DNA from: Lama glama
Lineage: Eukaryota
Assembly: GCA_028534125.1 (NCBI GenBank)
Contig: CM052817.1
Location: 5,954,001 to 6,018,000 of the forward strand
Direction of reading: 5' to 3'
Length of the DNA stretch: 64,000 nucleotides
In this document: positions 1-12,595 of the stretch, piece after piece
How positions within the stretch are numbered: the first letter of the stretch is position 1
How the letters are laid out: each line of letters starts with the position of its first letter
Program-made: the position numbers and the translations under genes
The notes under the pieces: model-generated
What the model saw: only the letters and a program-made list of their open reading frames with translations
The model's database searches: none
Told to the model about the DNA's origin: nothing

Positions 1-545
1 GATTCCCCTGTAACTAACTCTTTGTTTTTCTCTTGCTGCCTTTAGAATAATTTCTTTATCTTTAACTTTGGCCATCTTAATTATAATATGTCTTGGTGGA
101 GGTCTATTAGGGTTCTTCCTGTTTGGGGCCCTCTGTGCTTCCTGTACTTGGATATCTATTTCCTTCTTTAAGTTTGGAAAGTTTTCAGTCATGATTTCTT
201 CAAATACCTTTTCAGTTCCCTTTTCTCTTTCTTCTCCTTCTGGGACTCCTATTATGCATAGGTTGGCATGCTTTATATTATCCCCTAGGTCCCTTATATT
301 GCTTTCATTGGTTTTAACTTGCTTTTCTGTCTGCTGTTGTGATTGGATGACTTCTGTTATCCTGTCTTCTAAGTTACTTATTCATTCTTCTGCATTATCT
401 GGTCTCCTTTTGATTGCCCTTAGCTCGGCTATTGTCTCAGCCATTGAGTTTTCCATTCTTAACTGGCTCCTCTTTATAGTTTCTATTTCCTTTTTAAAGT
501 ATTCTCTGCTGCTATTTACAGCCTGTATTATTCCCATAGGCTCCT
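1..545 (-). mobile_element. LINE-1 fragment (ORF1 region), relatively young, continues beyond the left edge
   Basis: The reverse strand reads WDNIKHANLCIIGVPEGEEREKGTEKVFEEIMTENFPNL...PRHIIIKMAKVKDKEIILKAAREK, typical L1 ORF1p. The + ORF 68..550 is its antisense shadow. Confidence 0.93.
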
Positions 546-3475
546 TTTAGAATCAAACCTGCAATTTTGTTCTACCCATTTCTATGTCATGTTGGATAGC
601 CAACTGTTGAGCCTCTGTAAATTTCCTTTATGACTCCAATCACCTTAAGAGGCAATGGGATTAGGGTCAAATCTAACAGGAATTTGGAGGGCTATAGACT
701 TAACAGCAGCATCAGTTAATTGATATCCTTTGCTTTCCTCCATGTTTTTCAGAGAATGCCCAGAAGTTTTTGAAACAAACAAAAGATTTAGGCATCTAGA
801 TGGAATCCATAAAGCTTAAAACATAATGTTTTTAATCTTCTTTCCAAGAGAGGTCAAGAAACCATTGTTTCCAGAGCATCCCCAGGTCATGACCTACACC
901 AAAGACATCTCCACTATCAGGATGTACGTTAGTTGTTTTGTCTTTGGCTAAAAAGCAAGCCCAAGCTAGAGCAAAAGCTCTGCTTCCTGAGCAGGGGTGG
1001 CCTCCAGTAAAGATTCAGTTACTATAGGTGGAGTTAAAAGACAGTATAGCATATCCAGCTATATGTCCAGTCCCATTCTTCATATGTGACCCATCAGTAA
1101 ACCAGATTATTTCTGCATCATCCAGGGGGGTCTCCTGTAAATTTATATGAGGAGTTAGCAATTGATTGGTCAGTGCCAAGCAGTCATAAGGAGTTCCTTC
1201 ATATGGAAGAAAGAAGAGTAGCAGGATTCAAGGTGTCAGAGTGAGCAGTAGTTACATTTGGAGAAGGCAGCAAAAGGGTTTCATAAGAGGTCAGTCTGCT
1301 GGTAGACATTGAGTATGAGAATTAAGTAGGGCTTCCACTGAATGGAGAATGCATACTGTCAGTGGGGAGCCCATGACAATTTCCTTAACAGTGTATGTTT
1401 GCTGTGGTCATGAGTGCTTGCATGTAGAGGGATAGCTCTTTGACCACTGGATCTAACTGACCATAATATCAAATATGTTTCTGTCCATGTCATTGGGCTA
1501 AGACTCCTAGTGTTTCCTTCTTTCATGTACAAAGATGAGGAAAGGCAATTTATAATTGGGATGTCCTAAAGCAGCAAGTGGGTCATAGAAGCTATCTTTG
1601 ATCCTTTTAAATCCAGTTTCAGATTCCTCCGTCCAGTCTAAGGCCTCTACTTGGTCAGCCTTAAAGCCTCTGTATAAAGGCTGAGTTGTAATAAAGAAAT
1701 TTGGAATCTAACTTCTATAGCAATCTGTTAATCCTAAAAGATCCTTTCAATTATCTCTTGGTTTTAGGGAGAGAAAGACAGGATACCTCACGTGTGGCTA
1801 GGGTCTAATAGTACCACTCTGTTTGAATATTAAATATCCTAAATATTTCACTTGCATTTTACAAAACTGAAGCCTTTCTTTTGTGTCCTTCATATGCCAA
1901 TTCTTGTAGCAGATGAAGGCTGTCCTGAAGCATCCTGGTTTCTTGCAATAGGAGCATACACCCTTGGAGTACCAAGTAAGGCTTGAAATCTTGGTTTGAT
2001 GGACAGTTATTTCATTTGAAGGTTTGAGTCTGAGCCACCTGGATCTGAGAATCCATGGCTCTGATAGCTTTCTCTTTGGAGATTTCTGTGTCAGAGTCTG
2101 AGAAAGCTGTTTAGCTAGAGTAGCAAATTCATGGGGTCTCAGCATAATCCACATTAAGGAATGTTGTTTAACCAAGATACTTAAGGAATCTTGTAATCTT
2201 GCCAGAAAGGTAGAGTTAAATAGACTGGCAGTTTCAACTGTCAGGTCTTTAATGTTAGAACTTTGAAAAAATTTCAAAATACCATAATCATATACTTCCA
2301 TGAGGCTCATGCACAGTTGAATAATGTACCAGTTAATACACTTAGGAAACAGTTGTTGAGAAGTGAGAGACCTTTAGCCAACTTTTGAACATCTGCTTGT
2401 CCCCTTGTGCCTACTCTAGAAAAATCACCAGTAGGATTATTCCAAGCAATAGTTTCTATTTCTTTAGACATAAGCCCTCCTACAAGCAGATGCAGTAGCT
2501 GATATAAATCTGAGTAGCCAGGCTGTTTCAGCAAGAAGATCAAATTATCTCGGACACTCAGTAGACTCCTCTAACACTGGGAAAGCCCTTAGCTATGCAT
2601 ATAATTCGTCCAAAGGATATATGTGATTGTTTAGATGCTGTCCTCACTGGACCTGGCTTTACAAGGGGCTGCTGTTAAGGGAGGGCAGTATGGCTAGCCT
2701 GCTGGTGGGAGATCAGCCTTGGTATTATAAAATGAAGTTTAGAGAGACAGATAGCGAGGAGAGCATTGTGGACACTCAGAGGAGCAGGAAGGGGCACAGG
2801 GAGCCAGGGAGAGTGCTCTTGGAAGCCTCAGGATTGTTCCAACTTGGAAGTCTTGAGATAATTGCCAGTTTGTTTCTCTGAGGGAAGCAATAGTGGATTC
2901 ACTATTACGTTTGGAGGCTTCAAAATACCAATTGAAATATGCTTCACATTCTTGTTCCATAGCTTTTCTCTTGAACATCCAAATAAACTCAGGAATCTCA
3001 AATGAGTGGCAAGGGGGCCAACAGTTTCAAGTTATCATGGGTGATTTTAGTCCAGCTCAACAAATTGAGAAGGGGAGGGCCTGAAGTTTTAAACAGAAAA
3101 TGAGCCAGAGTTCTGCACAGCGGTTGCCCTTCGATGGTGCCCTAAGAACAGACTCCCTATAGCTGAGTGGTCACCAAGGTGACTTCCCCTTTCAGATAGC
3201 TGGCAACAGAGGACACCCAAATAAAGTGTGCAGCCTTGAGCAAGGTGGGAGGTTTGGACCAAGAGGACTTATCCCCATGACCCAAAGCCACCGAGGAGAT
3301 GATGGAGGACAGTAGGCACCATGCTTGTGTCTGGTAGAATTCAGCCGTCGGCTTCTGTTTCTGACGCCACATAAAGCCTATCAGTCAGTATCAAGGCACT
3401 CATCAGGTGACTTGATTAAAGCTTTGTTCTTGGAAGCCTTGGTGCTGCTTATCTGGAGCCTTAGAAACTACAGTT
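546..3475 (-). mobile_element. Degraded ERV1 (gamma-like, MER4-group-like) internal gag-pol with a truncated 5' LTR piece
   Basis: Minus-strand RT remnant LQFCKMQVKYLGYLI, RNase H-like GVGHDLGMLWKQ, gag remnant FNWYFEASKR, and PBS-like TGGCGTCAGA near 3360-3369. Many stops and frameshifts. Confidence 0.8.
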
Positions 3476-3479
3476 CAGG

Positions 3480-3850
3480 AGACACAAAACATGATCTCAC
3501 TTACATGTGGAATCTAAAAAGCTTACAGATACAGAAAACCAATGAATGTTTTGCTGGAGGTAGGGGGCAGGGGTAAGGGTTAGGCAAAATGGCTGAAGAA
3601 AGTCAAGGTACAAACTTGCCAGTTATAAAATAAGATGTGAGGCTGTAATGTGCAGCATGACAAGTATACTTAATATTGTATTGGATATTTGAAGGTTGCT
3701 AAGAGAATAAAGCTGAAAGTCATTAAGAGAAATTTTGTAACTATGTATAGTGACTAGATTAACTGTAGTGATCACTTCACAATACATAACAAATATTAAA
3801 TCATTATTGTACATCTGAAGCTAATACATTGTATGTTAATAATATCACAA
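3480..3850 (+). mobile_element. L1 (L1MA/L1MB-like) 3' end fragment, copy A of the duplicated unit
   Basis: ATGATCTCACTTACATGTGGAATCTAAAAA...TCATTATTGTACATCTGAAGCTAATA is an L1 3' UTR signature. Homologous to 31050-31460 and 38495-38860. Confidence 0.8.
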
Positions 3851-5189
3851 TGTGCAGGAAAGAAGAGGGAAAGGAAGAAAAGGAAAACCTTGACCACAAG
3901 TGGGGACTTTCAGGGAAACGGCTGACCCATGATACGTACAGGAATCTTAGGGGCAATAGGAAAACACATTTACCAGAAGAAGGGTTTTCTCAAAGTCAGA
4001 CATGGTCAACTCTGCCTTGCTCGATCATTTGACTGACACGTGGAGGATGCCCTAGTACTGCATCCCAGGATGGGCTTTGTTCTACTCTGGAATGTGTTTC
4101 ACCGTCTTGTCCAAAGATGAAAGCTAAGTTCACAACCAAATGTGTGGTGGTAACAAAAAAGTTTACTATGGAACATTCATCCTGTCCTTCCTGGGAGAAA
4201 CCAGTACTTGAGGATGAAACACAAGTCAGGGCAGCAGTGCTGAATGACAAGATTCTCTCACAGACATCTTGGGTCGGTTAGCAAACAGTGCCCAGACTCC
4301 AGTGGTCTACAACACGAAATGTCCGTTCTTGTCCTCACAGGTCTGTGGGTTGGTGGGAGCAGCTCTGTTGATATGTGTGCTCCTCAGACCGAAATATGTT
4401 TAACGTTCAAGTTCCACTGAGGATTTCCAAACAAGGAGGCCCTTCGTTGGGTTTGCCCCATTATTTCTTTGGCCTGCTCTGTGGGCATGAGAAGCCCAGC
4501 TGCATGAAGCAGTCAGCCTTTGCACCAGGAAGAACCTGATGACCCCGTACCACAAGAGAGGAGCCACATCCAAAAGACCTTTTTAGTTACAAATCATTTT
4601 CTATAAATGAACTCAGTCTTGCTCACTGCAGTGCTCTGTTCTGCAGTTTGCATGGACAAGAAAACATTCCGTTTCTTTCACTTCAATTGCATCAGGAGCA
4701 GGTGCAAGTACTCTTTAGAGTGAACTGAAATTCAGTCTCTTCGTGTGCGTTGACGCAGTACCAGATGCCTGACAACTTGAAGCAAGTGCCCGTGTGCTGC
4801 TTACGTGGCTCCCTCTTCCCAAAGGGAGCATAAGGAAGGGGTGTTGAAACGAAACACTGTTCCCACCTACCTCATCCACCACAACTTGCTCCTCCCCTGA
4901 GAGGATAACTATGCCTCCTTTCCTGCAGGAATGGTCGGCAGAGCCATTCCAGCCTGCTTGAGTTCGTGTTTATTCCTCTCAGCTTCTCTGGCATATCTTT
5001 CTGTGAAGGAATAAGCTGGAGATTGATTGAGAGGACCATCAAATCAAGGGCCAATTTATCTCATTCTCTGTCTGAAAAGAGGCCATTGTGAGTAGAATGT
5101 GGGCTCTGTTTGGTACCACAATTGGTCTAGTCAAGGATGGGAAAGTGAGATCAGAAGGGCTTGTTGCCTCAATTACCTGTTTTTGTTCA

Positions 5190-6935
5190 CCTGGAATTGT
5201 GTTGATTCATTTTTGAAGGCTAGTCTCACTGGGTAAAGAATTCTTGGTTGAAAAGTCTTTCAACATTTTGATGTGGTTCTAATGCCGTCTTATATATATG
5301 ATCTCTGAGAAATCAGCTGCTAATCTTACTGAGGCTCCCTTGTACATGATGAGTGGCTCTTTTGCCGCTTCCCAGCTTCTGTCTCTAAACTGTTGGACTG
5401 TGTGTCTAGCTGTAGATCTGAGTCGATCCAGTTTTGGAGGTGATTGAGCTTCTTGGTTGCGTCAAATGTTTGGTCAGCTTGGATGCTTACACCCATTTCT
5501 TCAAATATTCGTCCGTCCTTTCCTCCTTAGACTGCCACAGTGCACATGCTGGTGTGCCTGAGGCTGATACTGACCGGTGTCTGAGGTTCTGCTAATTTCT
5601 TATTTCCCCAGACTGCAATCTCAACCTATCTCTGAGTTTGCTGATTCATTCTTTCACCAGCTCTCAGCTGCTACTGAATCCCTCAAATGAATTTGTTACT
5701 GTATTTTTCAATGCCAGAATTACTGTGTGGTTCATTAAACCTCTTATTTATTGATATTCTCTACTTGAGACATTGTTCTCATACTTTGCTTATTCTTTAC
5801 ACATGATTTTTTTTACCTTTTTGAAGGTATTTAAAATAGCTCATTTAAATTTATTTTTTTACAATAAGTACAAACTTGGGTTTTCTTGGAACAGTGTCTA
5901 CTGATGGAACTTTTCCCTGTGTATGCGAGTATTTGTATACCTCAAGTTTGTTAGACTGGATATTTTAAATCATGGGCAGCTCTGGAGATCAGATTTCTTA
6001 ACTCCAGGGTTTGTTTTTGATTGTTTTCTGGCTTTTTGGACTAATATTACAAGGTCTTAATTCTTTATATTCAGCCATTGAACTCTGCTCAGTTACCTTA
6101 ATCACTTCACAATTAGATAGCTATTTCCTTAAGTGCTTTGGACCAACAAGTCTTGTAGTTGTGGAAGAGGCACCCTGTGTGTTGGAGCACACCTTTATTA
6201 GGCAGTTGTAACTCTGCCTCAGCCTTTATTCTCCACTGTGAGCCTCAATTCAGCAAGAAAAATTAGGGCTTTCTCATATCTTTTTAGGGGTTGTGCACGG
6301 CCATGCACCTATCCATATGTGGCCTTCTAAGGTCCCAGAAATATGCTGGGGTTTTTCAAAATACCCAGTGAACATCTTCTTCCAGTCTTTCCAAGTTTTT
6401 ATTTAGCCTCTTGTCTCTTGTTTGACCATCTGGTAACGCTACCTCTGTGTTAAACAATTTTTTTGTTTTTGTTTTTGTTGAGAAGCACATTGGGAATAGT
6501 TCTGTTTCCCGTGATCCAGCTCTAAGGTCAACTAAAGACAAGCCCAGAAAAGGGCTTTTACTGGGAAGTGCTAGGCAGGCCAAATCGTTCCAATTTCTGG
6601 GGCAAGGGATTTTTATGACGACTCAAACCCAGTTTTACCCTACGAAGGCTAATAGGCTGACTTTTTTTTATGGCTACCATTGTTGTGAGGCTGTGAGTTC
6701 TCAAGTCAACTGTGGAACTGGGGAGAAGATTAGAATAAAACAAGGTAGAACAATGAGCTGTTTGGCATTCTAAGAATTAGCTACGCTTTTTCTTTCTGGA
6801 ATACGTGCTCTTGGATTGTTGCAGCGCCGGGCCAATTTCCAGAGTCCTGCAAAAGCTAACAGCTTTGTCACTGTGCTCTCTGCTTTTTATGTGGGAAGAT
6901 GTTTAGAGACCCTCACTCCGCCATCCTGGAAGTGC
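5190..6935 (-). mobile_element. Old L1M 5' UTR/ORF1 fragment (copy A)
   Basis: Antisense L1 ORF1-like text (GAGAAATCAGCTGCTAATCTTACTGAGGCTCCCTTGTAC). The 5' end reads CACTTCCAGGATGGCGGAGT on the minus strand (L1 YY1 start). Confidence 0.7.
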
Positions 6936-9239
6936 TTATTCCACTGTGCTGACATAGTTGGGGAAATCCTTGCAAAACTGCTCTGCTTTGACTCCTGATC
7001 ACAGGTCTGGGTGTAAGGGGCGTGTGGTGCACATTATGAGACTGTGCTGGATAGAGCCTATGTTGTTTAGCTCTTGTCTACCTGACGTTCCTATTCCTTT
7101 GTCTCGATGGGTTCCTTCCCGTCCTGGGAATCTTGATGGTCAATGTGATATTTCTTATCACACAGCTTCCCTGGAAGAGGCTGGCTCTCCACCTTACTCC
7201 AGACCATCATCACTGGAACTTGATTGAGGAACATTGCCTGTTGCATTGGAGCACTGTCTTCTCAGGGTTTCAAAACACTTGGGTGCCTGCTCTGAGGAGG
7301 CTGTGAAGTCTCAAGGGGCAGCATTGTACCGTCACATGGAGGAAGCAAAGGACTGAATGCAGAAAGCTTGTAACTAGGTATCCTCTGCAATTTTTTTTTT
7401 AAATGGATGCTTTTGGCAGAAATAGAATTGTCCCAGATAGTCTGGGCACAGTGTCCAAAACAGTCAACACCAGCACCTTCTTTGAGAAGGTGGGGGACCA
7501 GTCCAAGATTCTCGGAGCAGACAGCTCTGAAACCACATTGTTTACTGTGCTACTATACTGCTTGGCTCAACTAACTTCAGTGAGGCAAAATTATGAGCCA
7601 GAAAGGCTTCTATTGAGAATGTAGCCGGTGGACATAGTATCCTCTTGGCCCTCAGTGATAAGATCACTGTGTTTCTGAGGTGCTCTGTGCCCTGACTAAC
7701 CCACAGAGGGAGTCAGATCGATTCAGCCTGGATAGCTTTTGTCACAAAGGCTCTGAGGGTTGCTCTTTACTACCGTGAGATGAGGTTTATGATGTTGAAA
7801 TTAGCCCCTTGTTTTGATTCTGAGTTTCATTCTTCTCAGAAATCAGAGCTACAAATCGTCATACTCACTGGTGGGCTGTCTCAGTGATGATTTGTTTGCG
7901 GTTCCTATCAATGGAACTCCTGTCAAGGCTGGTTAAAATGAGGAATGTGCTTTATGCCTGAGGCTGAGCAACCTTCTGAGATTTTGGTGAAAACCCAAGG
8001 GTTGGAAAACAGATTGAAGGAGCTTGCAGTGAGATGCAGGCAACAGGCATGTTACTGTTCTCCATGCTGTGCCCAAACCAAGCAGACACAGAGAATGGCA
8101 TGGAACATGCCTAGCCTCTGCCACTCATTCCTTCCAGAAGAATGTCAAGCATCCTAGGTTCTCCTTTCAGAGAAAGGGATGGGCTCAGTACCAATAGAGT
8201 GAGGCTATCATGATCCCATGGATGCATTCCCAACACCCATCCTCTTGTGGTGGTGGCTTTTCTTCTAGGGAGTTTTCGGATTAAGTATTGCCTCCATTTC
8301 TACTTCCAGTTGTACCTGCCAAAAACAATGTCTCAGAACTCTGATAATGGGATATTTTCCATTCATTAGATTCTCAGGGTTGTTTTACTTGTCTCATTCA
8401 TTTTAAATCTGCTATAAGATGAATGTACATTGTTTAAAGATATATAATTAGACCTGCCTTGGAGATCATGTAATTTTTGTAAGTCGTCATGTCTTGGAAG
8501 AAATCGACAACTCAGCTTTTCATTGGGATAAAACGGCCGCTCGTGTATTAAGTTTCTACACCTGCATGATTATTTTAATGTGAAGTTATTGTATTTCTAG
8601 TGTTACACACTTTCTTAGTGCCTAGGGAGAAATATAAGCTGAAAGCTTTATTTTGTTTCCATTTCATATTTGAACAATAGACTTCTGAGTTCTAGAACAG
8701 TCCATTCTTCATTTGATTTTGAGCATTTTATGCTCTTTATTTTGGTGAGAAGAGTAATTGTTTCTGCTGACATTCCTGCCTCTATTGGCTCCCATTCCCT
8801 ATAGCACACTTGGCTCTACTGAAAAAACCCATGGTTGAAACAGGGAGTCAAGAGCAACATGTTAAACTCCTTCTCTTGTTTGCAGTCCTTGCAGAACCTA
8901 ATCTGGGGATGTTGTTGAATTAATACTGTCCAGATCCCTAAGAATAATGCTTCCAAAGATCTTTTCCTTGGACTTTGGCCCACAGATATGTGTATATGTG
9001 GGTGAGGGAGGGGCTGGTTGTATCCCTCATCATCCAAGCCCCTGCTGGACAAGCCTAGATCCTCCTTTTATCCTCATGTGCCCGACAATTCTGCTTAGTC
9101 TCAAAGTTCCTTCTCATCACAGAATACTTGATAATCCAGGTGAAGTTTTTCACCTTCTCTGGAAGAGTGTTTTGTACATATTTACCAATGAATGAATTGG
9201 TAAATGAATACCAATGAATGAATTTAATTCATTCAGGCA

Positions 9240-10789
9240 AGATCCAATGAACGTTGATCACATGCACAAAATCTGTTGTGGGCTTGGGTCATCAGTGTCA
9301 ACTCCCACACCTCTTGCTCTCAGACTTGGGGTGTGTGTCTTTTTCCCATTGGTGTGGGGAAGGGCTGAAGACAGGAATCCTTTGAGTCCAAATTCTCTAC
9401 TGATGGGTCAGGTTGGTCTTCAGCTTCTCAGATGATCTTAGGTGGATCTACAACCCAGGTTGCCTGGAGGACTTGACACAGGTGTGTCATCTTAATGGAA
9501 CTTCAGCTCTGACATTCCTTGGTTTGGTAATATGGTGGAGGGAATATTGCATGAAGGTCAAGATAGGAATTCACTGTGTAATCCTGTTGTAATGTTAGAA
9601 TGAATAAACTGTCCATGTCATCTGTCAAGTCTTTACTGGCAGAAGTTTTAAAAGTATTTCTCAAAGTGGCTATAATCAGACATTTTTATCAGGCTGTCGA
9701 TGCATTGTTGAATAACACACCAGTCAACACAATTAGAAAATAGAATGGGAATTGGTGGAGATCATTAACCAGCTTTTGAATGTACGCTTGTCCCCTTGTG
9801 CCTACTCTAGAAAAACCACCAGTAGGATCTTCCCAACCAGTAGCTTTCATCTATACTCTAGTATGTCTGCTTGTGCTTCAGGTTCTGTCTAATGATATCA
9901 ACCTGGGTACTCAGATTTATATGTTTCAGTGAAGAGATCAAATTGCCTGGCAAACTCAATGGAATCCTCTTTTAATATTAAGAAAGACCTTAACTGTGCA
10001 TGTAATTCTACCCTAGTCCAGGAGTATAGGCACCATCCCTCACTGGACATGGTTTAAAAGGGGCTGTCGTTAAAGGAGGGCAGTATGGCTAGACTTCTGC
10101 AGGGGGTCAGTCTTAGTGTTATAAAAGGATGTTTAGAGAGAGAGACAGCAAGGAGGAGAGACTTGTGGTTATCACTGAGAGGAACGGGAAGGAACAGAGG
10201 GAGCCAGGGGGATAGAAAGCCCTTAGAAGCCTTAGAATTTATCCAATTTGGAAAATCTCTGAGATCATTGCAAGTTGGGTTTCCTGAGGGAAGCAATAGT
10301 GGAGTCATGTGTTTGGAGGCCTCAAAATACCAGTTGGAAATGATTCCCATTCTTCTTTGTCTTGCTCTATAGCTTTTCTCCAATTGAGCATGAAAATAAA
10401 CTCACTTGGGAATTTCAGTGAGCCGCAAGTGGGCCAACAGAGTTTCATTTATCACCGGTGATTTTAGTCCAATTCAACAAACTGAGAAGAGGGCTTGTAA
10501 GTCTTAAATATCAAGCGAGCTAGCGCTGTCAGCAATGGCTGCCCATCAGCGGCGCCCTTAGAAGCCAGGCCCCCATAACAGCCCTCGGCAGGACGGCACC
10601 CCTTCCCAGTAAGGAGAATAATGACTGAGAATCAGGGCCAAACCGGCTGGGAGGTTTGAAATAAGAGGACTTACTCCTATGATCCAAAGCCATCAAGGAA
10701 ACACTGTTTAAGGGACACCTTACATGTGTCTGTGGCAGTGCTGGAGGCAGAGGTGCGTTACTTTAGCTTCTGCCTCTGACACCATATCA
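9240..10789 (-). mobile_element. ERV1 internal fragment (leader-gag-pro), copy A
   Basis: gag remnant SNWYFEASK in ORF 10054..10383, homologous to 2200-3400 and 36850-38418. PBS-like TGGTGTCAGA at 10775-10784. Confidence 0.75.
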
Positions 10790-11220
10790 TGTCCAGGAAT
10801 AATCAGTCTCAAGGCTACCAAGAACAAAGCTTTATTTGGGGTCCAGGAATTGCAATTTGACAGACAGATTCCGGTAAAACTCAGTGCTCCAGGGAAAAGG
10901 TAGTATAAGGCTCTGGTCTTATAAAGGCAGAAGCCAAAAGGTTGTTAGAGTTGTCTTGCAAAAAATTGACTCTCACACACAAAGGAAATATTTATCCTTA
11001 AAAGATAAGCTGTCATGAATTGTTTAGGGGAAGGGTCTGATAAGTACCTTGAGTTTCTGGAACATGTGTAAATATTTTGGATGCCTGCATTAAGACAAAT
11101 GGTCAGGAATTCAGGTTCCACTGGGTCTGAGGTGTGCATGAGTCCCATTCCTCCGTGGCCCCCCAGGTCTGATTTCAGGTGCTCTTAGCAGTATCCACGC
11201 ATTTTGATTTTCCTTTCACA
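10790..11220 (-). mobile_element. Complete 5' LTR of the ERV1 (MER4-group-like)
   Basis: Minus strand begins TGTGAAAGGAAAATCAAAATG and ends ...GGACA, 5 nt before the PBS. AATAAA on minus at ~10841-10846. Confidence 0.75.
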
Positions 11221-11389
11221 CTGAGTATTGCATCTTCGCTACTTAGGTCAGGTGTCAAACCCTGAGGGTAAATACATCCCTATAGTAACTGTGCTTCCTG
11301 TTACTGCAGTGGAATTCTTGTAGTTGGGAGACTGGCATCATCTCTGTTGCTTGCTCTATGTGGGCAGTGTGGAAAATGTACATCAGTGT

Positions 11390-11933
11390 TGTAGGGGAAC
11401 AAAATTTGCCACCGAAAATAGTCTTTTTGACATGTATTTTAGGCTTGTTGTTGTTTAAAATAGACTCATTAATTATTTTACCTCCCCATTAGCTGCCTAC
11501 AGAATTTAGATGAAGGGCCTGTTCCTGGACAGTCTACACCAGAGTTATTTAAAAAGACTGTGGGCTAGATGTGTTAGGGGGAACCCGCAGGGCCCAGAGA
11601 TCAGAGCCCACTCTGTTGTCTCTGCATGACCCAGCAAACTTGTGTTTACCAAACATTTGCTTTTCCATCTCCATATGAATTGCCTTCTTCCTCCTTAAAT
11701 TGCCACCCCCCCCCAACACCTCTTTTGTCTTTAGCCAAAGATGACTTTTAAGGTGAGGGCTCCAGCCGTTTTGGTGAGCTACTGAGTTTTCTTGTGTCTC
11801 TCCAGTGTATACAGGAAGGATATATGTTAAACTTCCATCTTTACTTTCTGTTAATCTATCTTGGGTCAATTTAATTCTCTGACCCACCAGAGCACCCTAC
11901 GAAAGTAAAGGAAGGGTTTTTCCCTACCACACA
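11390..11933 (+). mobile_element. MER34-like ERV1 solo LTR
   Basis: Starts TGTAGGGGAACAAAATTTGCCACCGAAAATA, resembling the MER34/MER39 5' end. Ends ...CCCTACCACACA. Confidence 0.7.
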
Positions 11934-12054
11934 GCGAGCTGGACTCTGAATTGGAGCCTGAATTTATAGCTTCTCCTGAAATACCAGACCTCTTTGTGTA
12001 TTTTCTTAGCCATTCTCCTCTCAGCCACAACCATGTAGCCTCTGTCACTGTGGG

Positions 12055-12595
12055 TGTTACAAAACCTAAGTTTAGTCCCCTCAACCGATGCACAGCAAAG
12101 CCAATTTACTTGTGCTGGGCTGTGGTGACGCAAAGTACAGCATTTATTGCAGGGCATCAAGCAAGGAGGATGGGCAGCTCATGTTCAAAAGACCTGAACT
12201 CCCCAGTGCTTTCAGGCAAGATCTTTGTTTTGGGAATCTTAGTCCCCAGACAGGTTGAAGCCAGTGGGTGATGTGCTTCTGATCAGCATGTGGTCACTTT
12301 CTTCCCCCTTGTGGGGGGTCTTAGTTTCTGTAGAACAACTCAGATGTGCAGCAGGTTGTTACATGTATCCCTTGAGGAAAAACTAGGGGTCCTGTGATTT
12401 GTCATGGAACTGTTGTTTCAGGTGTCATATTTCTTACTTGACTTCTTTCCCTTTGTTGCTACATTTTCACTTCTCTGATTAGTAAGTGCTTGAGTCTGCT
12501 CTTCAGAAGTCTGGGAAGGAGCTTTTTTCCTACAAATGGGGACACAGAGGGGCTTTTCTATCCGGGAAGGCCCCACAAGGTTCTGCTCATTTTCA
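12055..12595 (-). mobile_element. ERV1 solo LTR with 4-bp TSD TGGG
   Basis: TG...CA termini. TGGG at 12051-12054 and 12596-12599. AATAAA on minus. Same family as 26298-26967. Confidence 0.85.

Larger units (their letters stand above)
3480..11220. repeat. Segmental duplication unit, copy A (L1 3' end - unique X - L1M - unique Y - ERV1 gag - LTR)
   Basis: Collinear similarity read by eye to 30720-38490 and 38495-43130, e.g. CAGGGCAGCAGTGCTGAATGAC-like motif at ~4227, ~31873 and ~40069. Confidence 0.92.

Noticed and set aside
68..550. 160-aa hydrophobic + ORF resembling a membrane protein
   Set aside because: It is the antisense shadow of L1 ORF1.
4872..5054. Identical 60-aa ORFs at 4872..5054 and 40695..40877 as a duplicated gene
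   Set aside because: Non-ATG start, no recognisable homology and not preserved in copy B. The identity reflects the DNA tract.
7564..7719. Two 40-47 bp blocks identical between copies A and B
   Set aside because: Runs this long are expected occasionally over ~7 kb at this divergence.
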